Shown here one piece after another: positions 36,190 to 49,333 of a stretch of 64,000 nt of DNA. Position 1 is the first letter of the stretch. Every line of letters begins with the position of its first letter. Position numbers and translations under genes: made by a program. Below the pieces are notes generated by a model. It was not told the origin of the DNA, searched no databases, and saw only the letters and a program-made list of their open reading frames with translations. This stretch comes from Podarcis liolepis (lineage: Eukaryota), in assembly GCA_965112155.1 (NCBI GenBank), contig OZ218112.1, one strand, 5' to 3'.

Positions 36190-38705
36190 GGTCCGAGTGG
36201 TGGCCATCTTCCCGAATCCATGCCGTTCGGTGGCCATTGCTTCTCCCCTCCCCTCCCTTTGGTTGCTGCGGAGACCTCATGAATGTGAGTGCTGTGGTGG
36301 TTCACATCCCTGTTCTAAATGTTTTCATGCCAGGACCTCTTTTCATAGCTTCTGGAACTCAGGACTCACCTCAGGAGAGAAGGGGTTTAGAGTGGCTGCT
36401 GGTACTTTGGGTTCCTAGTCAGCAAAAGGATCTGCTCAAAAATGACATGCTTTTCTCCCTAGCCCCCTCCCCAGTCTCTCTTGCAGCTATGTTACCTCTC
36501 TGGCGCGTATACCCCAGCAGGAAGGCGGTGAGATACCTGGAAGAGAGATTTCGTGAAGGCTTTCATATCCCAGCGGAAAGTACTCTGATTACGACTAACC
36601 CACCAAATCAGAAGTCAGTGAGGGAAATGCTACACATCACTCAGAAGAAGACTGAAAAGGAGTGCGACCTTGGCAGGGTCACAGATCTGTTTCCAAATCC
36701 GCCTTTTAACAAATTTATAGTGTCACTCCTCAGGATTATACCCCAAAAGGTCCTGGGTGAATTCCGCATGATTCTTACCCAAAAGGTGGTTCAGTAAACA
36801 ACATCATCTCGCAAGAGAAGTGTTCTGTTAAATATGCATCATTGGATCATGCAATCAAATAAATTAAAGAGTGTGGCCCTGGCGCCATCTTGGCAAATTG
36901 TGACATTGAATCTGCATTCCGCAGACTACTCCCGGTTCACCTGGATGACTTCTGGTTGCTGGGTTTCAAGTTTCAGGATCAGTGGTATTTTGACAAGGCC
37001 GTGCCCATGGATTGTTCCATAGTGTGTGCCAACTTTGAGACTTTTAGCACATTTGTTGACTGGGCTATGAAGGTAAAGTCAGGCTGCCCCTATGTTATTC
37101 AGTACTTGGATGACTGCTAGATAATGGGTCCTCCGGACTCAGATGCTTGCTCTGGGGCATTAGCTTCATTTATCAAAATTGCTACCGATTTTGGCATACC
37201 CTTATCAGCAGAAAAAATAGAGGGTCTGGCCAGCAATTTGTCATACTTGGGCATTGAGCCTAAACATCTCGTTTACCACAAGCTAAGTTAGATACTCTTA
37301 GGTGTTTGTTAAATTCCATGATTTCTCTCAAAAAGACCACCCTGTGTCAGGTGCAGTCCCTTCTAGGGCACCTCAATTTTACATGTTAGGTCATTGGCCT
37401 GGTAGAGCTTTCTGTGCCTCTCTTGCGCATCTCATGGCGGGGGGAGTTGTTCCTCACCATCATATTAGGGTGACACACAGCATAAAAGAGGATCTCAAGA
37501 TATGGTTGACGTTCCTCAATAATTATTGGGCTCATTTTGGCAGGAGTCATTAATCACACTCTGATGCCTCCGCTCACTGCGGTTTTGGAGTCTACTTCAG
37601 GGGCCACTAGTGTGCCCATCCATGGCAAGCATTGTGGCATTCTGGAGACATCACACATGATCTAACTTTTCTTGAGTCCCCCCCCCCCCCAATTTTAGTC
37701 ACACTTGGGCCATCAGTTCAAGAACAACAGGGTTTGTTTCTGGTCTGACAACCAGATAGTGGTAAAAATAATAGCCAAGCAGTCAACCAAACTGGAACAA
37801 GTTATCCGGGTGCTTTGCCTCTGTGTTAGAATGCCTTCGAGGTAACATTTCCTTCTTAGCTATGTTTGTTCCTGGCCTTAATAATGTCATTGTGGATGCC
37901 TTGTCTTGTTTCCAGATGGAACATTTTTGCGACCTGGCACCCCAGGCTTCCCAGCTACCAGATGCCTTCCTGAAGGAGCCTTGGGAAATTGAACAAGAGA
38001 AGTGACACAGGGACTATTGCAGGTCCTTGCACCCTCCACAATGCGGGCTTACACAAGAGCATGGTCATCCTTTGAAGGGTTCAGAGCCCAGTTCTGCTCA
38101 TCTCACAGGCATTCCGCTATGGAATCTGACGTTCTAAAACACCTGGTTTTCGTTAAATGGAAAGGCTTGACAATCAACACCATGAGCCTCCACAGGGCGG
38201 CTATCTCTTATTTTAGCAAACGTCTTTGGATACCTGATCCCTGTAATACCTTTCACATAAAAAAGCTAATCACTGGCTGGCGTCATGTGCACCTGGTGTT
38301 GCCAGACACAAGAAAGTCTATTACTGTCAAGACTTTGCAGCTGATTTGGGGCAAGTTGTGCAGTATTTGTTGGTCCAGTTTTGAAGTCCAGTTATTCCAA
38401 GCTGCATATTCTTTGGCCTTCCTTGGGGCCCTGTGTATTGGCGAGTGCGCTGGGGGCGCAGCATCATCGCCCCATGCTGGATTGAGTATTAAGCATATAA
38501 ATTTCCATGGCATTTTCTGAAGCTCAGAATACGTTCTTCCGAAACTGATTAGTTCTTCCAAAACTGTTGAGGGGCACAACCCTAATGCTGGCCCCTTCGC
38601 CATACAATGGCTCTTGCCCTGTTTGTGATACCCGTAGGTTCCTGAGAGTCAGGCCCAATCTGGGCGGCCCATTCCTTATTCACATGAATGCCCGCCCTCT
38701 GTCCT
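36190..38705 (+). mobile_element. Decayed DIRS-order tyrosine-recombinase retrotransposon (Ngaro-like)
   Basis: Zn finger HECECCGGSHPCSKC; RT CDIESAFRRLLPVH...YFDKAVPM...YLDD; RNase H DAS..CGFGVYF and VPGLNNVIVDALS; YR domain 38002-38705 (LAPSTMRAYTRAW...YSLAFLGAL...IRSSETD...CPV...RP..GGPFLIH). Confidence 0.9.
38002..38705 (+). pseudogene. Tyrosine recombinase remnant, 3'-truncated
   Basis: N-terminal and box I regions present; ends before the HxxR/Tyr catalytic segment. Confidence 0.85.
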
Positions 38706-38746
38706 AGTGCCAAAAACATATAATGAAACTTATAAGATAAATATAC

Positions 38747-39090
38747 ATCATAGAACAGTAGAGTTGGAAGGGACACCAGGGGCCATCTAGTTCACCCCTG
38801 CAATTCAGGAATTGCATCTGAATAATTCCTGATAGGTGGCCATCCAACTTCTTTTTTTACAATCCTCCAATGAAGGAGAGCCCACCACCTTCCAACATGG
38901 CCCATTCCATTCTCGAACTGCTCTTACCACCAGAAAGTTCTTCCTAATGTTTAGTCAGAATCACCTTTCTTGTAATTCAAATCCATTGGTACAGGTACTA
39001 TCCTCTGGAGCAGCAGAAGACAAGCTTGTTCCATCTTCCTTGTGACAGCCCTTCAGATATATAAAGACTGCTATCATATCCCCACTCAGT
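38747..39090 (-). mobile_element. CR1 3' fragment
   Basis: Homologous to 19845-20180; shorter relatives near 7283-7370 and 58020-58150. Confidence 0.85.
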
Positions 39091-39180
39091 GAAACATGTT
39101 CTAATACAGTCATAGCAATAAAATAGGCATATACACAGCAAGAAAAGGATTCACAAAGAAATCCTATGGCAGGTCTCCCA

Positions 39181-39421
39181 CAGTGAAAGGTTCTCTGTTA
39201 GAGTGAATGGGGCACTGCCCCACCAGCATTACCTGCCTTCTTACTTGCAACCACTGGAGGGATGGCACTGCCTGTCAACTTCTTCCTCCTTAATCCCAAG
39301 ATTGCCCTTGTAGAACAGAGCTAGAATTAGCTGGCTCTGCCTGTCATTCGCTACAGTTCCACCTGCTGCTAGTTTCCTTGCCTTCCCCGACCAGTCCCAG
39401 TGGGCACCAGTCATGCCACTG
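39181..39421. mobile_element. Non-autonomous DNA transposon with CAGTG termini
   Basis: ccagtcccagtgggcaccag..ccactg end shared with copies near 44960-45088, 52294-52600, 56702-56900. Confidence 0.55.
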
Positions 39422-39828
39422 GCCCCCCCAGTTTTCCACCTGTGGCATTTTCCAGTCTACAGTGCTGATAATCAAGCCGCAAGGAATTCTTTACAAGACT
39501 CTCTAAGCAAAACAGTTTTGTGTGACTAGCACAATTAGCATACAGATGCTTTGTTTATACAGGTCATTAGCCAACTGTAAATACAGAAGGCCTTTAGTCA
39601 AAGTTACAGCCTGTTCATCAAAGTAGCTTGAGTGGGAAAAGGTTTACATATTTGATCTCCTCTATTTTTCATATCCAGCAGGGAGCTATTGCCTCAGCTT
39701 GGCAGCAGTCCTAAAGCCACTTAATGCAGATGACTTAATTGTGGAATTGACAGGACAACTCGTGAGTAAGTGCTTTGAGGGCTATGAGCTTAACTCATCT
39801 TAGAACTACTGAAGTCAACAAAGCTTTA

Positions 39829-39829
39829 A

Positions 39830-39897
<68 letters not shown>

Positions 39898-39899
39898 AG
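39829..39899. repeat. (AAAG)n microsatellite
   Basis: Direct reading of sequence. Confidence 0.97.
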
Positions 39900-41272
39900 A
39901 GAAGGATAATAATGGAATTAAGGCATTCAAAAGCTCAAGGTTTATACAATTCTTACCTTACCTCTCTCCTTCCCAGCCACTGCAGTCTTTCTCTCTGTTT
40001 CCTGTCACTTTTACTTCAGAACTCTGCTCTCTTGAAAACCATGACACAACAGGGTGTCCACACATTATATTCAGTGAATGTACTATCTGTGTACACAAAT
40101 AGTTGACCTAGGACTATATTAAGACCTTTAGAGGACGTAAGCACTTAAAAGATTTTATTGCCATCATACATACCTAATTTAAAATATAAACAATAATGAA
40201 CCATAAAATAATATATATACGTATGTTGGGCTTGCAGGCTGTGACTCAGCTCTACTGGCGCTTTCTCCAACAAGTGGACAAGAGGTCTCTTCTTATAGAT
40301 CAAGGGTAGCCAACATGGTGCCCTCCAGATGTTGGTGAACCACAATTCCCATCGACCTCAGCCACCATTGTCAATCATAGGGATAGTGAGAGCTGTAGTT
40401 TCACCATGGAGTGCACCATGGACCCTTGCTATGGATCATGTTCTGCCCTTCAACAATTTAGATGGTTCAGTCTTGGTCCAGAGGGTCCACAGGCTTTACA
40501 TATTTTTCAACACTGTAACTATTTTCAGGTGGAATTCAGTTACACACCAGCAAATGAAGCTTGCACAGTTAAGATTGTCTGGGAGATCTTGCACAAAAAT
40601 ACAGCATAATAATCATAACAATAATCATCATAATATAAAAATTGATAAGGAAGATGATGGAAAAATGCAGCAGGAAGTGTGGGATAAAACTGTTGTATGA
40701 ACTATCCTAATCCCCTTTGGCAGATGGTGAATTCATGTGATAGGGCTCTCCAGGTGTTCTTTTTATTGTGCTTTCATGATTATTTCTTCTCGTGATGGTT
40801 TCAGGGCAGTTATATATAATCACACCTTCAACATTTTTTTTATTTATATATGTGTGTATATAGAAATTTGGTGTCATCGCTGCCTCCAAAAAGTTGCTTC
40901 ACCGGATATAGAATTATGGCCTATGTTTCTTTCCCTCCCTCCCTCCCTCTCTCTCTCTCTCTCACAGAGAGCAATAGCTAAAATAGCTGTGCAATATGTG
41001 ATATCTGTACGTGAAGTGTACCGGCATTCCTGCTGCTTTGAAAACGGCCTTTAATAAAACTTACATAGACAGTCCTGAAGTTTTGTTGGCTTCAAATAAG
41101 GCTTAATGAGATAAAGGCTGAGGCATGTCTTCCAGAAGTCACCCTAAGAACAGAAGAAGAACTCTGTTAGATTAGGCCAAAAGCCATCTAGTCTAGCATC
41201 CTGTCCTCACCATGGCGAACCAGATACCTTTGGGAACCCTACAAGCAGAACTTGAGTGCAACAGTGCTCTCC

Positions 41273-41756
41273 TGTCAAGCATGGGGAGTCCTTCCCTCCC
41301 TTCGGTAACTTCACAGGTAAGAATTAACAAGCAGTTCATAGATTTATAGTCCCTTTATTGCAGCGTCATGTTGCAAGCACAAATACACAGCTGTCTGCAA
41401 TGAGAATGGTTGCCTGGTCTAATCATCCTTCCGACTTCCGCAGCATTTTGAGCACCAACAGGAAGTTCCTCCCTCCCTCTGACTCCATTGTTCTCTGATA
41501 CGTTCAGACCTCTGAGTCCAAGGGAAGGGGAGGTCCTCCACGCTCTGAAGAGATGTCTCAGCTAGCTGCTGCCTCCCTTCTGGTTCTGTTGTCATTATCT
41601 CATAACTGGGTAACTCCCCTCAAAGCTGTTCAGTTTCTGCCTCTCTCTCCGCTTCTGAATACATTGTGGGCAAGGGGGGCGATTCTTCCATCGGAGAGAA
41701 GCTGGTCTGCCATTGAATGCATTCCCCAGTACTCATCTTCAGACCATTCCCTGACA
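41273..41756 (-). mobile_element. Old solo LTR inserted in a CR1 3' UTR
   Basis: TGTCA...TGACA termini; 5-bp TSD tctcc at 41268-41272 and 41757-41761; minus-strand AATAAA near 41355. Confidence 0.85.
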
Positions 41757-44089
41757 TCTCCCCACCTGTGAAGTGGAGGTAAAATAAGCAATTTGAATTC
41801 AGAGGCATACTCCCTCCAACAGCGGGTGTAGAATATAGCCATTGTGGCTAGTAGCCATTGCTGGACACAATGCCTTATAGTCACACAAGTTGCAGGCGGC
41901 ATGTATGCCATGACTTCCTACTGCAATCCTGTAACTTATAACACCACAAATGTTCCTGGTGTGTATGTTGTCCTGCTTTTGATGTGCATGACCACAATAA
42001 ATAACACTGGGGAAGCATCTCAGAATAACTAACAAAGTGGAATGATGTGGATGCACCAGTATAAATTCACCACTAATGCCCTATTATTGAATCAATGACA
42101 TGTTACGGAATAACCTCCCCCCCCCAAAAAAAAAATGTCCAGAGAAACTCTGGGGAGGGGGGAAGCGATGCCATTAGATCTAGTGATGGTGTTAGGGCTG
42201 TATCACTGTAGGTAGCAAAATGTAAGCCTCTTTACTGATTTAGAAGCACTCTGACACCCCACCCTGTATTTAAACTTTCATTTCCTCTGATATCACCACT
42301 CCAGTTTACACAGTACAGCTAACTCTTGCCTTAAATAAGAGGAGTCAGTTGTTTCTATGGCTTTTATCCACTCCGGGCAAGTTCAGGCATGTTCAGACAT
42401 GCCTGTGCATATCTTGAAGGCTTGGCTTTTGAACTTATTAAATAAAACATACACACAGGGGGAAAGTGGTAGGGAGATACAGCATATCCCCCATCCCAGC
42501 CCTGTTCCCCCACATCTCTCCCACACAGAAAAGTTTGACATCAATTCATTATTCCAAAAGTTCAGTTTATATACAAGAGACTTTGATTATGATTTTACTT
42601 AACAAGGCTCCAGCTGCTGGTATTTATCTTCTAAAGGAAGAGGTTCAAAATCAGACGAAAATGAAGAAAGATGTAATTGCGAAGGGCAGATTCTTTCCCT
42701 CCCTTTTCTTAACCAAGTCAAACCCTCCACCCCTACATGGAGCTTGCTTTAAGTTTGCTGTTGGGGCTTCCCACCACTACAACCCTCTATTAATATTAAT
42801 AGCATGCAAAAACATATCATATTAGCAAAATCTGCTTTGCAGAAATGAGTATGTATGGGGAAATTGTATACAAAAATTGCAAATTAAGAGAAAATAGTAC
42901 TGAAATGCTGATAAATTTTCATGATAATTTAAAAAAATAAAAATGTGGAAAACTGAGAAACTGAGCGAAACTGAAACTAACAGTTTTGCCCATGCCTAAT
43001 AAGATTGCAAACTTAGTGTTTTAAATAAAAAAATTAGTATCGGTAGTCAGAAAACTGCAGTAACCTATAATGTTGCTAGTAAAAGACATAGGAGTCTGCC
43101 TGTGAAGAGCCCTGTGAAGTCCAAATTTGGATTTTCATTTGCTCAGCATATGAATTTTACGTGCAAATACCACATGTTTTAAAAGTACAGCCCTCCTAAA
43201 GACTGCTATGTTGCCAGATGTTGCCCCCACAGATGATGCTCTGGCACCCTTTACCATTATAGTTTGCAGAACATGTTGCACGTGCCAAACGCTTCGGAGG
43301 GAAAATCTTGAGGGATGCATAATGAGATGCCTGATTTTCAGTCAAAGCATTGTCCTGTCTGGCCCAGTCCAGCTACAGTTACTAGCAACTGATTTCCAAG
43401 GCCTCAGGTAAAGATATTTCACAATCTAGCCTTCCAGTTCCTGGGAATGAAGCAGTTGGTTTTAATCAGAACATCTGGTCTAACACCTAGGTGCACACCT
43501 CCACTTCTCTCTAAGACAGACAAACCAATTCCTGCGCACTTTGATAGTGCGCCATGGTCCACTGTGGAGGCTGGACTGTTAGGGCAAATGGAGAGCTGCC
43601 CCATCAACCTCAGGTCTGCCTTCAGGCATCTCCATCTGCCTACCTTACTTGCGTACAGGGGGTGTAAGTCTCAGGACTTATCCACCCTTTCACTTGACCT
43701 GTATTTTGCTCATATTGTGTAGCGAATAATTATTCAGGGTTTGAGCATTTTAACTGTTGTTCCACAGCTGTGCCTTGTGAAAATCCAATCTTACCTGCTG
43801 AATTGGATCTTCTCAGGTGCACAGAAAATTCAAAGGGATATTTTGCTTAAATGAGCCTCAGATGAGTAATGAGTAATGTATCAGTGTATATAGAACTAAG
43901 TAAGAGGGTTAGGACAGAAACTTAGTGACATAGAAGGAAGCCATGGGTTAAGGGGCAGCCCATAGACTCAGAACTGATGGATGATGGAGGAGAGGCATCT
44001 TCAGGAGCCAGAAGAGCCATAGTAATAGTGAAAACCCATATCCTGGAGAGTGCCCAGCTTCTCCTGCACAAGTGAATGACAGCTCACAC

Positions 44090-44242
44090 CAGAGGTGGAT
44101 TTAGGGGAGCATGACTGATTCAGTCACACCGGGCGCAGCGTCTCAGGGGCTCCATAGGGGATGCTGCAACTAAGACTTAGAACGGTGGTGTGTCGAAGTT
44201 TTGGCTTCACACTGAAATTTGAGAGCCCAAGGTCCGCTACTG
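44090..44242. mobile_element. hAT MITE
   Basis: cagaggtgga/tccgctactg termini; gctcacac duplicated on both sides. Confidence 0.65.
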
Positions 44243-47068
44243 CTCACACTCACCTCAATCCTGTTTGGATACCACATATTGCAATCACCGCCGGGAAATA
44301 ATTATGTCACCTGCAGCAAAACAGATAAAGACTCTGACAGGTTAACTAGTATAGAAACCCCATCATCTAAGACCATGGCTTTTTTCAAGCCAGAACTTGA
44401 GGGAACTCGGTTCCGGCACCTCTCAGGTGGGTGCCATTGCCTTTACAGGAGAACAAGGGAGGTGTTCATGGTGAGTTCTTGCACCTATTTTTTTCTAGAA
44501 AAATACCACTGCCTGAGACTCTGTCTAAATTCAAGTGGGCACACAGACTTTTGAAACTATATAGTCAACTTAATAGCCAGTTTTTTGTTCTTGTTTCGTT
44601 TTTATTAAAGTTATAAAAGGAACGGTTAATGTATGTGGAACTAAGTAAGAGCTTAGGACAATGGTCAGGAAGAGAAACTTAGTGACACAGAGGGAAGGCA
44701 CTGGTTAAGGGAGCAGCTACCAGAAAGTGATTCAGCACAAAAAGCATGTGGAGGCAGCAGGAGGGCCAGAGAGTTAGGAGTAAATAAAGTTCTTTGTTTT
44801 ATAGTACATGTGCCTGATCCTTAATGATAGATAACAACATTTGAAGTTGGTAAGATTGGTTTTTTGCAAGGCACAGCTGCAGAGAAGTTCTCAGACCCAG
44901 GGGGAATAATCAGCAATGTACAAAATATTATCAAAATAGGGGTCAAGTGAAAGTGTGGATGAGCCCTCAGTGCTGCCATTATAGAACTAGAATGAGCTGG
45001 CTCTGCCTTCCATTGGCTCTGGCACCACCTACTGTTGGCCTCTTTGCTCATTGCCCTACCAGTCCCAGTGGGCAACAGTCACCATTGGTCATGGAGAAGG
45101 CTAGACTGAAATTTTCTCCCTGACATTATCATTGTTGTTGTTTTAATGTGCATTGATTTTATGCCTTTGTTATCATGGAGCAGCATTCAGTTGTGTGTGT
45201 CTCCATCCATCTGCCCAGGAAATGATACAGCCCAGGGGCAGGCTCATTACCTCTGTAAGATCTTCGCCATAGTCAAAAAGATGCTAAACATCTTCAATAG
45301 TAAGAGCAGTTCAACAAAGCAGACCTTTACCAAGTATAGGTGTAGGGAACCATTTTCAGCTCCGGGGCCACATTCTTATCTTGCCAACCTTATGGGGGCC
45401 ACAGCCCGGGGGGGGCAGGGCCAGAGGCAAAAGTGGGCAGAGCAATGAATGTGAATTTTACCTTTGTGCAGTAGACTAGTTTTTGCACACACTAACATAC
45501 CTTCTCTGTTCCTGTTCTAGGCAAATGAGTCTTTATCAGGATTCAAGGGCAGATTCAAGACAGGCAAGGTACTCAGGGAGGGTGTGAAGCCAGTAAAGGG
45601 TGTGGCCTGGGGAGATCCAAAAACAAAAATAAAAAACCAAACTGATAAAGAGGCCAAGAGGACTGTATTTGGGATCTGGGCCTGAGGTTCCCTTACTTGA
45701 CTAAGAGGACCGGTGGAATATTCTATAGAGGTCTTCGGACAAATGCTAAATTAGTGTCTTTTGAGGATTCTCTAGTTTCCACCATCAAATTGGGAGTTGA
45801 TGGTCTACAAGGCCTTCTCAAACTCTAGGGCAGTAGTCAACAAAAGTTTACTCTGAATGGACCTACTGAAATTAATGGAATAAACTCAGTTATGCTTTTT
45901 GATTTTGGTGGGTCTGCTCTGAGTAAAACTTAGTTGATACTTAATTGATTCCTTGATCCCAGGTAACTAGGAGCTCACCTTTCTTGACCCTCAGTAGCAA
46001 GTGTGCAGCTCCGTATCTTCTTGTTTGTGATTATGTGTACAACTGTATGATGCTCCTGTCTCGCATCTATCAACTGCAGCACTTGCTGATGCAGTAGTGT
46101 TACCCACCCCCACTCTACAGACGCAACATCTGGCAACCCATGCTATACCTTGGGCCCTGTTGTGGGGAACTGTACTTTTTTGTGGGAGATATTTGCACGT
46201 AGAACGCATACGCTGAGCAAACGAGACTTTGAAAATTGCCTTTTGTGGTGCTGGGTCTGCATGTACACACGCACACACAGAAAGAGTCATGCACAGATGT
46301 TGAATCTGTTTGTAGGCCTTCATCTCTGGAGGCTTACATAATCTGTGTCTTCTGAGCAAGGCCAGACTTGTAACTCTGTTAAATCTGCTCAAACTTCCCT
46401 GTTTCTTTACTCTGAAGAGCAACTGACAATCATGGAGGGATTTAGAAGGGGTCTTTTTGGACAATTGGGTCCCAACCGCTGCTTGGTGCAAAAACAGCTC
46501 AAGAACAGCCTAGGTGTCATATTAGCACTTAACAGCTAGTGGAGATAGGCCAGATAGGCCTATAACTTGTGGAAAGCCATGGCTCAGGGTTAGAATTGTG
46601 GAATGCTGCATACAGTTCTGATCACCTCACCCTAAGAAGGATGTTGCACAGCTGAAAAAGCTTCAGATAGGGGCAACCAAAATGATCAAGGTGCTAGAGA
46701 AATTCCTCTGTGAGGAAAGGTTACACGTTTGGGGCTTTTTAGTTAAGAGAAAATGCAAGGAGCGGCACTGATGTCACTTGTGCATGCTGCAGGGCGTTCT
46801 GATGTGTCATGCACATGTCATGCGACTTGTGCATGTGACGCAAGCATGCCCCATGGCATTCATGCATGGCTGCAGTGGAATTTTGATGGGGCCTGGTACC
46901 CTCCTTGAAATTTTTGCGGACCCCAGCCCCCCTAGATGGCACCCCTTGTCATCCAAAGAAGCTGAATGCTGAAAGACTCAGGAGAAACAAACAAACATTT
47001 GATTCCAATAGAATTAGTAACGATGGCCACCACCTTGACTGGCTGTAAAAGAGGATTAGACAGATTCA

Positions 47069-47603
47069 AGAACATGGTTTCTCCTCATGCTGTAGAAGGA
47101 AGTGAGGAGCAGGTGGGCTTCTCCATATAGGAGAAGGAAAACTCTGATCCTAAACCTCCTCGGCTTTGTGGTTATACACATTCATGAGAAAGGCTTTGAG
47201 AGTAAACCCTGAGGAAAAATCTGTACCTGCTGCCTTGTGGGACATCTTCAGGAGATGAAAAGGCTAAGGAGTAAACCCTACACAAATCTGGATTGGAATC
47301 CCTATGGCAGTTGGCTGGCATCTGGTATGCCTCCTTCCGGCAACTCCTTCCAGCCAAGCTGGTGCCAAATGTATTGCTTTCCTTTCCTTTGGACCATATC
47401 AGCAAGGCTGAGAGCAGGGTCTTGTCATCTCAGCAGCCCAGAATCTCCAAACATGCTGCCTAGGATTGCACCCCAGAGAGGGCAACAAAAACAACGTGGG
47501 AGACAGCAATTATGTGTTACTGTTCTCTGCAGCCATAGTGGCCGCTGTGATTGTCACCCCCGGAGGCACACACCATTGTCTCTCGAGACAGACAGATGCC
47601 AAC
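47069..47603 (+). mobile_element. Short RTE 5'-UTR-like insertion within a CR1 3' end
   Basis: taggagaaggaaaactctgatcctaaacc motif recalled from RTE-clade 5' UTRs; TSD agacagattca/agacacattca; the CR1 GLDKFM segment resumes after it. Confidence 0.55.
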
Positions 47604-49139
47604 AGACACATTCATGAGGAATAAAGCTATCAGCCACAGTGGATATGTTTTACCAGTATCAGAGGCAGTATGCATGAGAATACCAGCTTCTGGGAAATGC
47701 AAGTGCATAGAGTGTTATTGCAGATCCTGCTTGTGGGCTTCTAATAGGGACAACAAGATGCTCGATTAGATGGATTTTTTGGGCTGTTACAAAATGGTTC
47801 TTCCTCTGTCCTGAGGGAACACTGTGTGTGGTCAATGGGCAGGGCCAATGGGAATTGCAGGCCAATGGGAATGGCAGGCCAGAGGTTCCCCATCCTTGCC
47901 TTACATGCACCATGTTCTATTTCTACAATCTCTAGCTAGAAAGATATTAGTTAGCAGAGCTTGGAAAGCCTTCCTGAGATCCTGACAGACCCTTAAAAAA
48001 ACCCAACCTAATTTACCGCAGAATTTCCAAGATTTACCAAATTACCAGAGAATTTACCTGATTTACCAGAGAACATCCCTTTTCTGCATCCAACATCTTG
48101 GGTTGCATCCAACATTAGTCCTGCTAAGACTAGGCCCACTAGAATTTACATATATTGCTCTAACTATGTCAGTGAATTTCAGCAGGACTATTCTGAGTAT
48201 AACTTACTTTGATTTAAGCTCTTGTTTCCTGTGTGCATGTATTTAAGGGCATTTAAGGGCACAAAATCATTCAGATAACCCAGAGTGCACAGCCTGATGG
48301 TTCCTGTGCTGTGGCTTTTGAGGTTTATATTGTACTCTTAATACTAAACAAGTGCTAGAGTTAGGACAAACCTTTCAATGCAGCTTATTTTGTCCATTGA
48401 CCTCTAGTGGGGGAAGTAAGGCCCCATTTGTGCTATACATTCAAAGCAGTTATCAGACCACTGAGTTGTTAAGAGACTCTTATTCCCCTACAGTTCTCAG
48501 AGTGGTTAGACAATCAATCCCTCTTGCCAGCAAACTCTGAAATTGTAGCTCTATGAGGGTGACAGGGGTGTCTCCTAAGCCCCCCAGACTCCTCACAGCA
48601 CCCTAAACAAACTACAGGTCCCAGGATTCTGTAGGGAAGCTGAGCCTATTCAAAGTGGCACGATGCTGTTTTAAATGCAGACAGTGGCAGAAAGAGAGAG
48701 AAATGTTCTCAAAGACTGAATTTCACCAAAGTTTGCAAGAGAGTAGAATTTTTTGAGTAGATGAAGTGGTTGGAAGGTTTTTCTTGCAGAGGGTGGGGGC
48801 TGCATGGTCCCTCCTTTTTTAAAAAAAGCCCCAAGACTGCTCATCCCAACCACAAAGCTCTCTGTAAATTCCCAACCACCTTTACTAAACCAATATGCAA
48901 TGTGAATGGTCAATTCGGGTTGATTCATGCCCCCCCCCCCACAAATGCCTGTCTGCAGTTTCCCCCTATGTACAAAGTGGCAAATTAGAAGTGTCAATTT
49001 CAACCTAACAGATAAGAGATGGGGAACCTTGGGCCCTCCATATATTGCTGAACTACAGCTTCCATAATCCCTACCCATTGGCCCTTCTTTCTGGGGCATA
49101 TGGGAGTTGTAGTTCAGTAACATCCTGAGGGGTTCATTT

Positions 49140-49333
49140 NNNNNNNNNNNNNNNNNNNNNNNNNNNNNNNNNNNNNNNNNNNNNNNNNNNNNNNNNNNNN
49201 NNNNNNNNNNNNNNNNNNNNNNNNNNNNNNNNNNNNNNNNNNNNNNNNNNNNNNNNNNNNNNNNNNNNNNNNNNNNNNNNNNNNNNNNNNNNNNNNNNNN
49301 NNNNNNNNNNNNNNNNNNNNNNNNNNNNNNNNN
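49140..49333. other. Assembly gap (194 N)
   Basis: Run of N. Confidence 1.

Noticed and set aside
40976-40988. MEF2-like site gctaaaatagc
   Set aside because: One base shorter than CTA(A/T)4TAG
45991-46491. 166-aa minus-strand ORF
   Set aside because: No recognisable domain; includes simple repeats; likely chance
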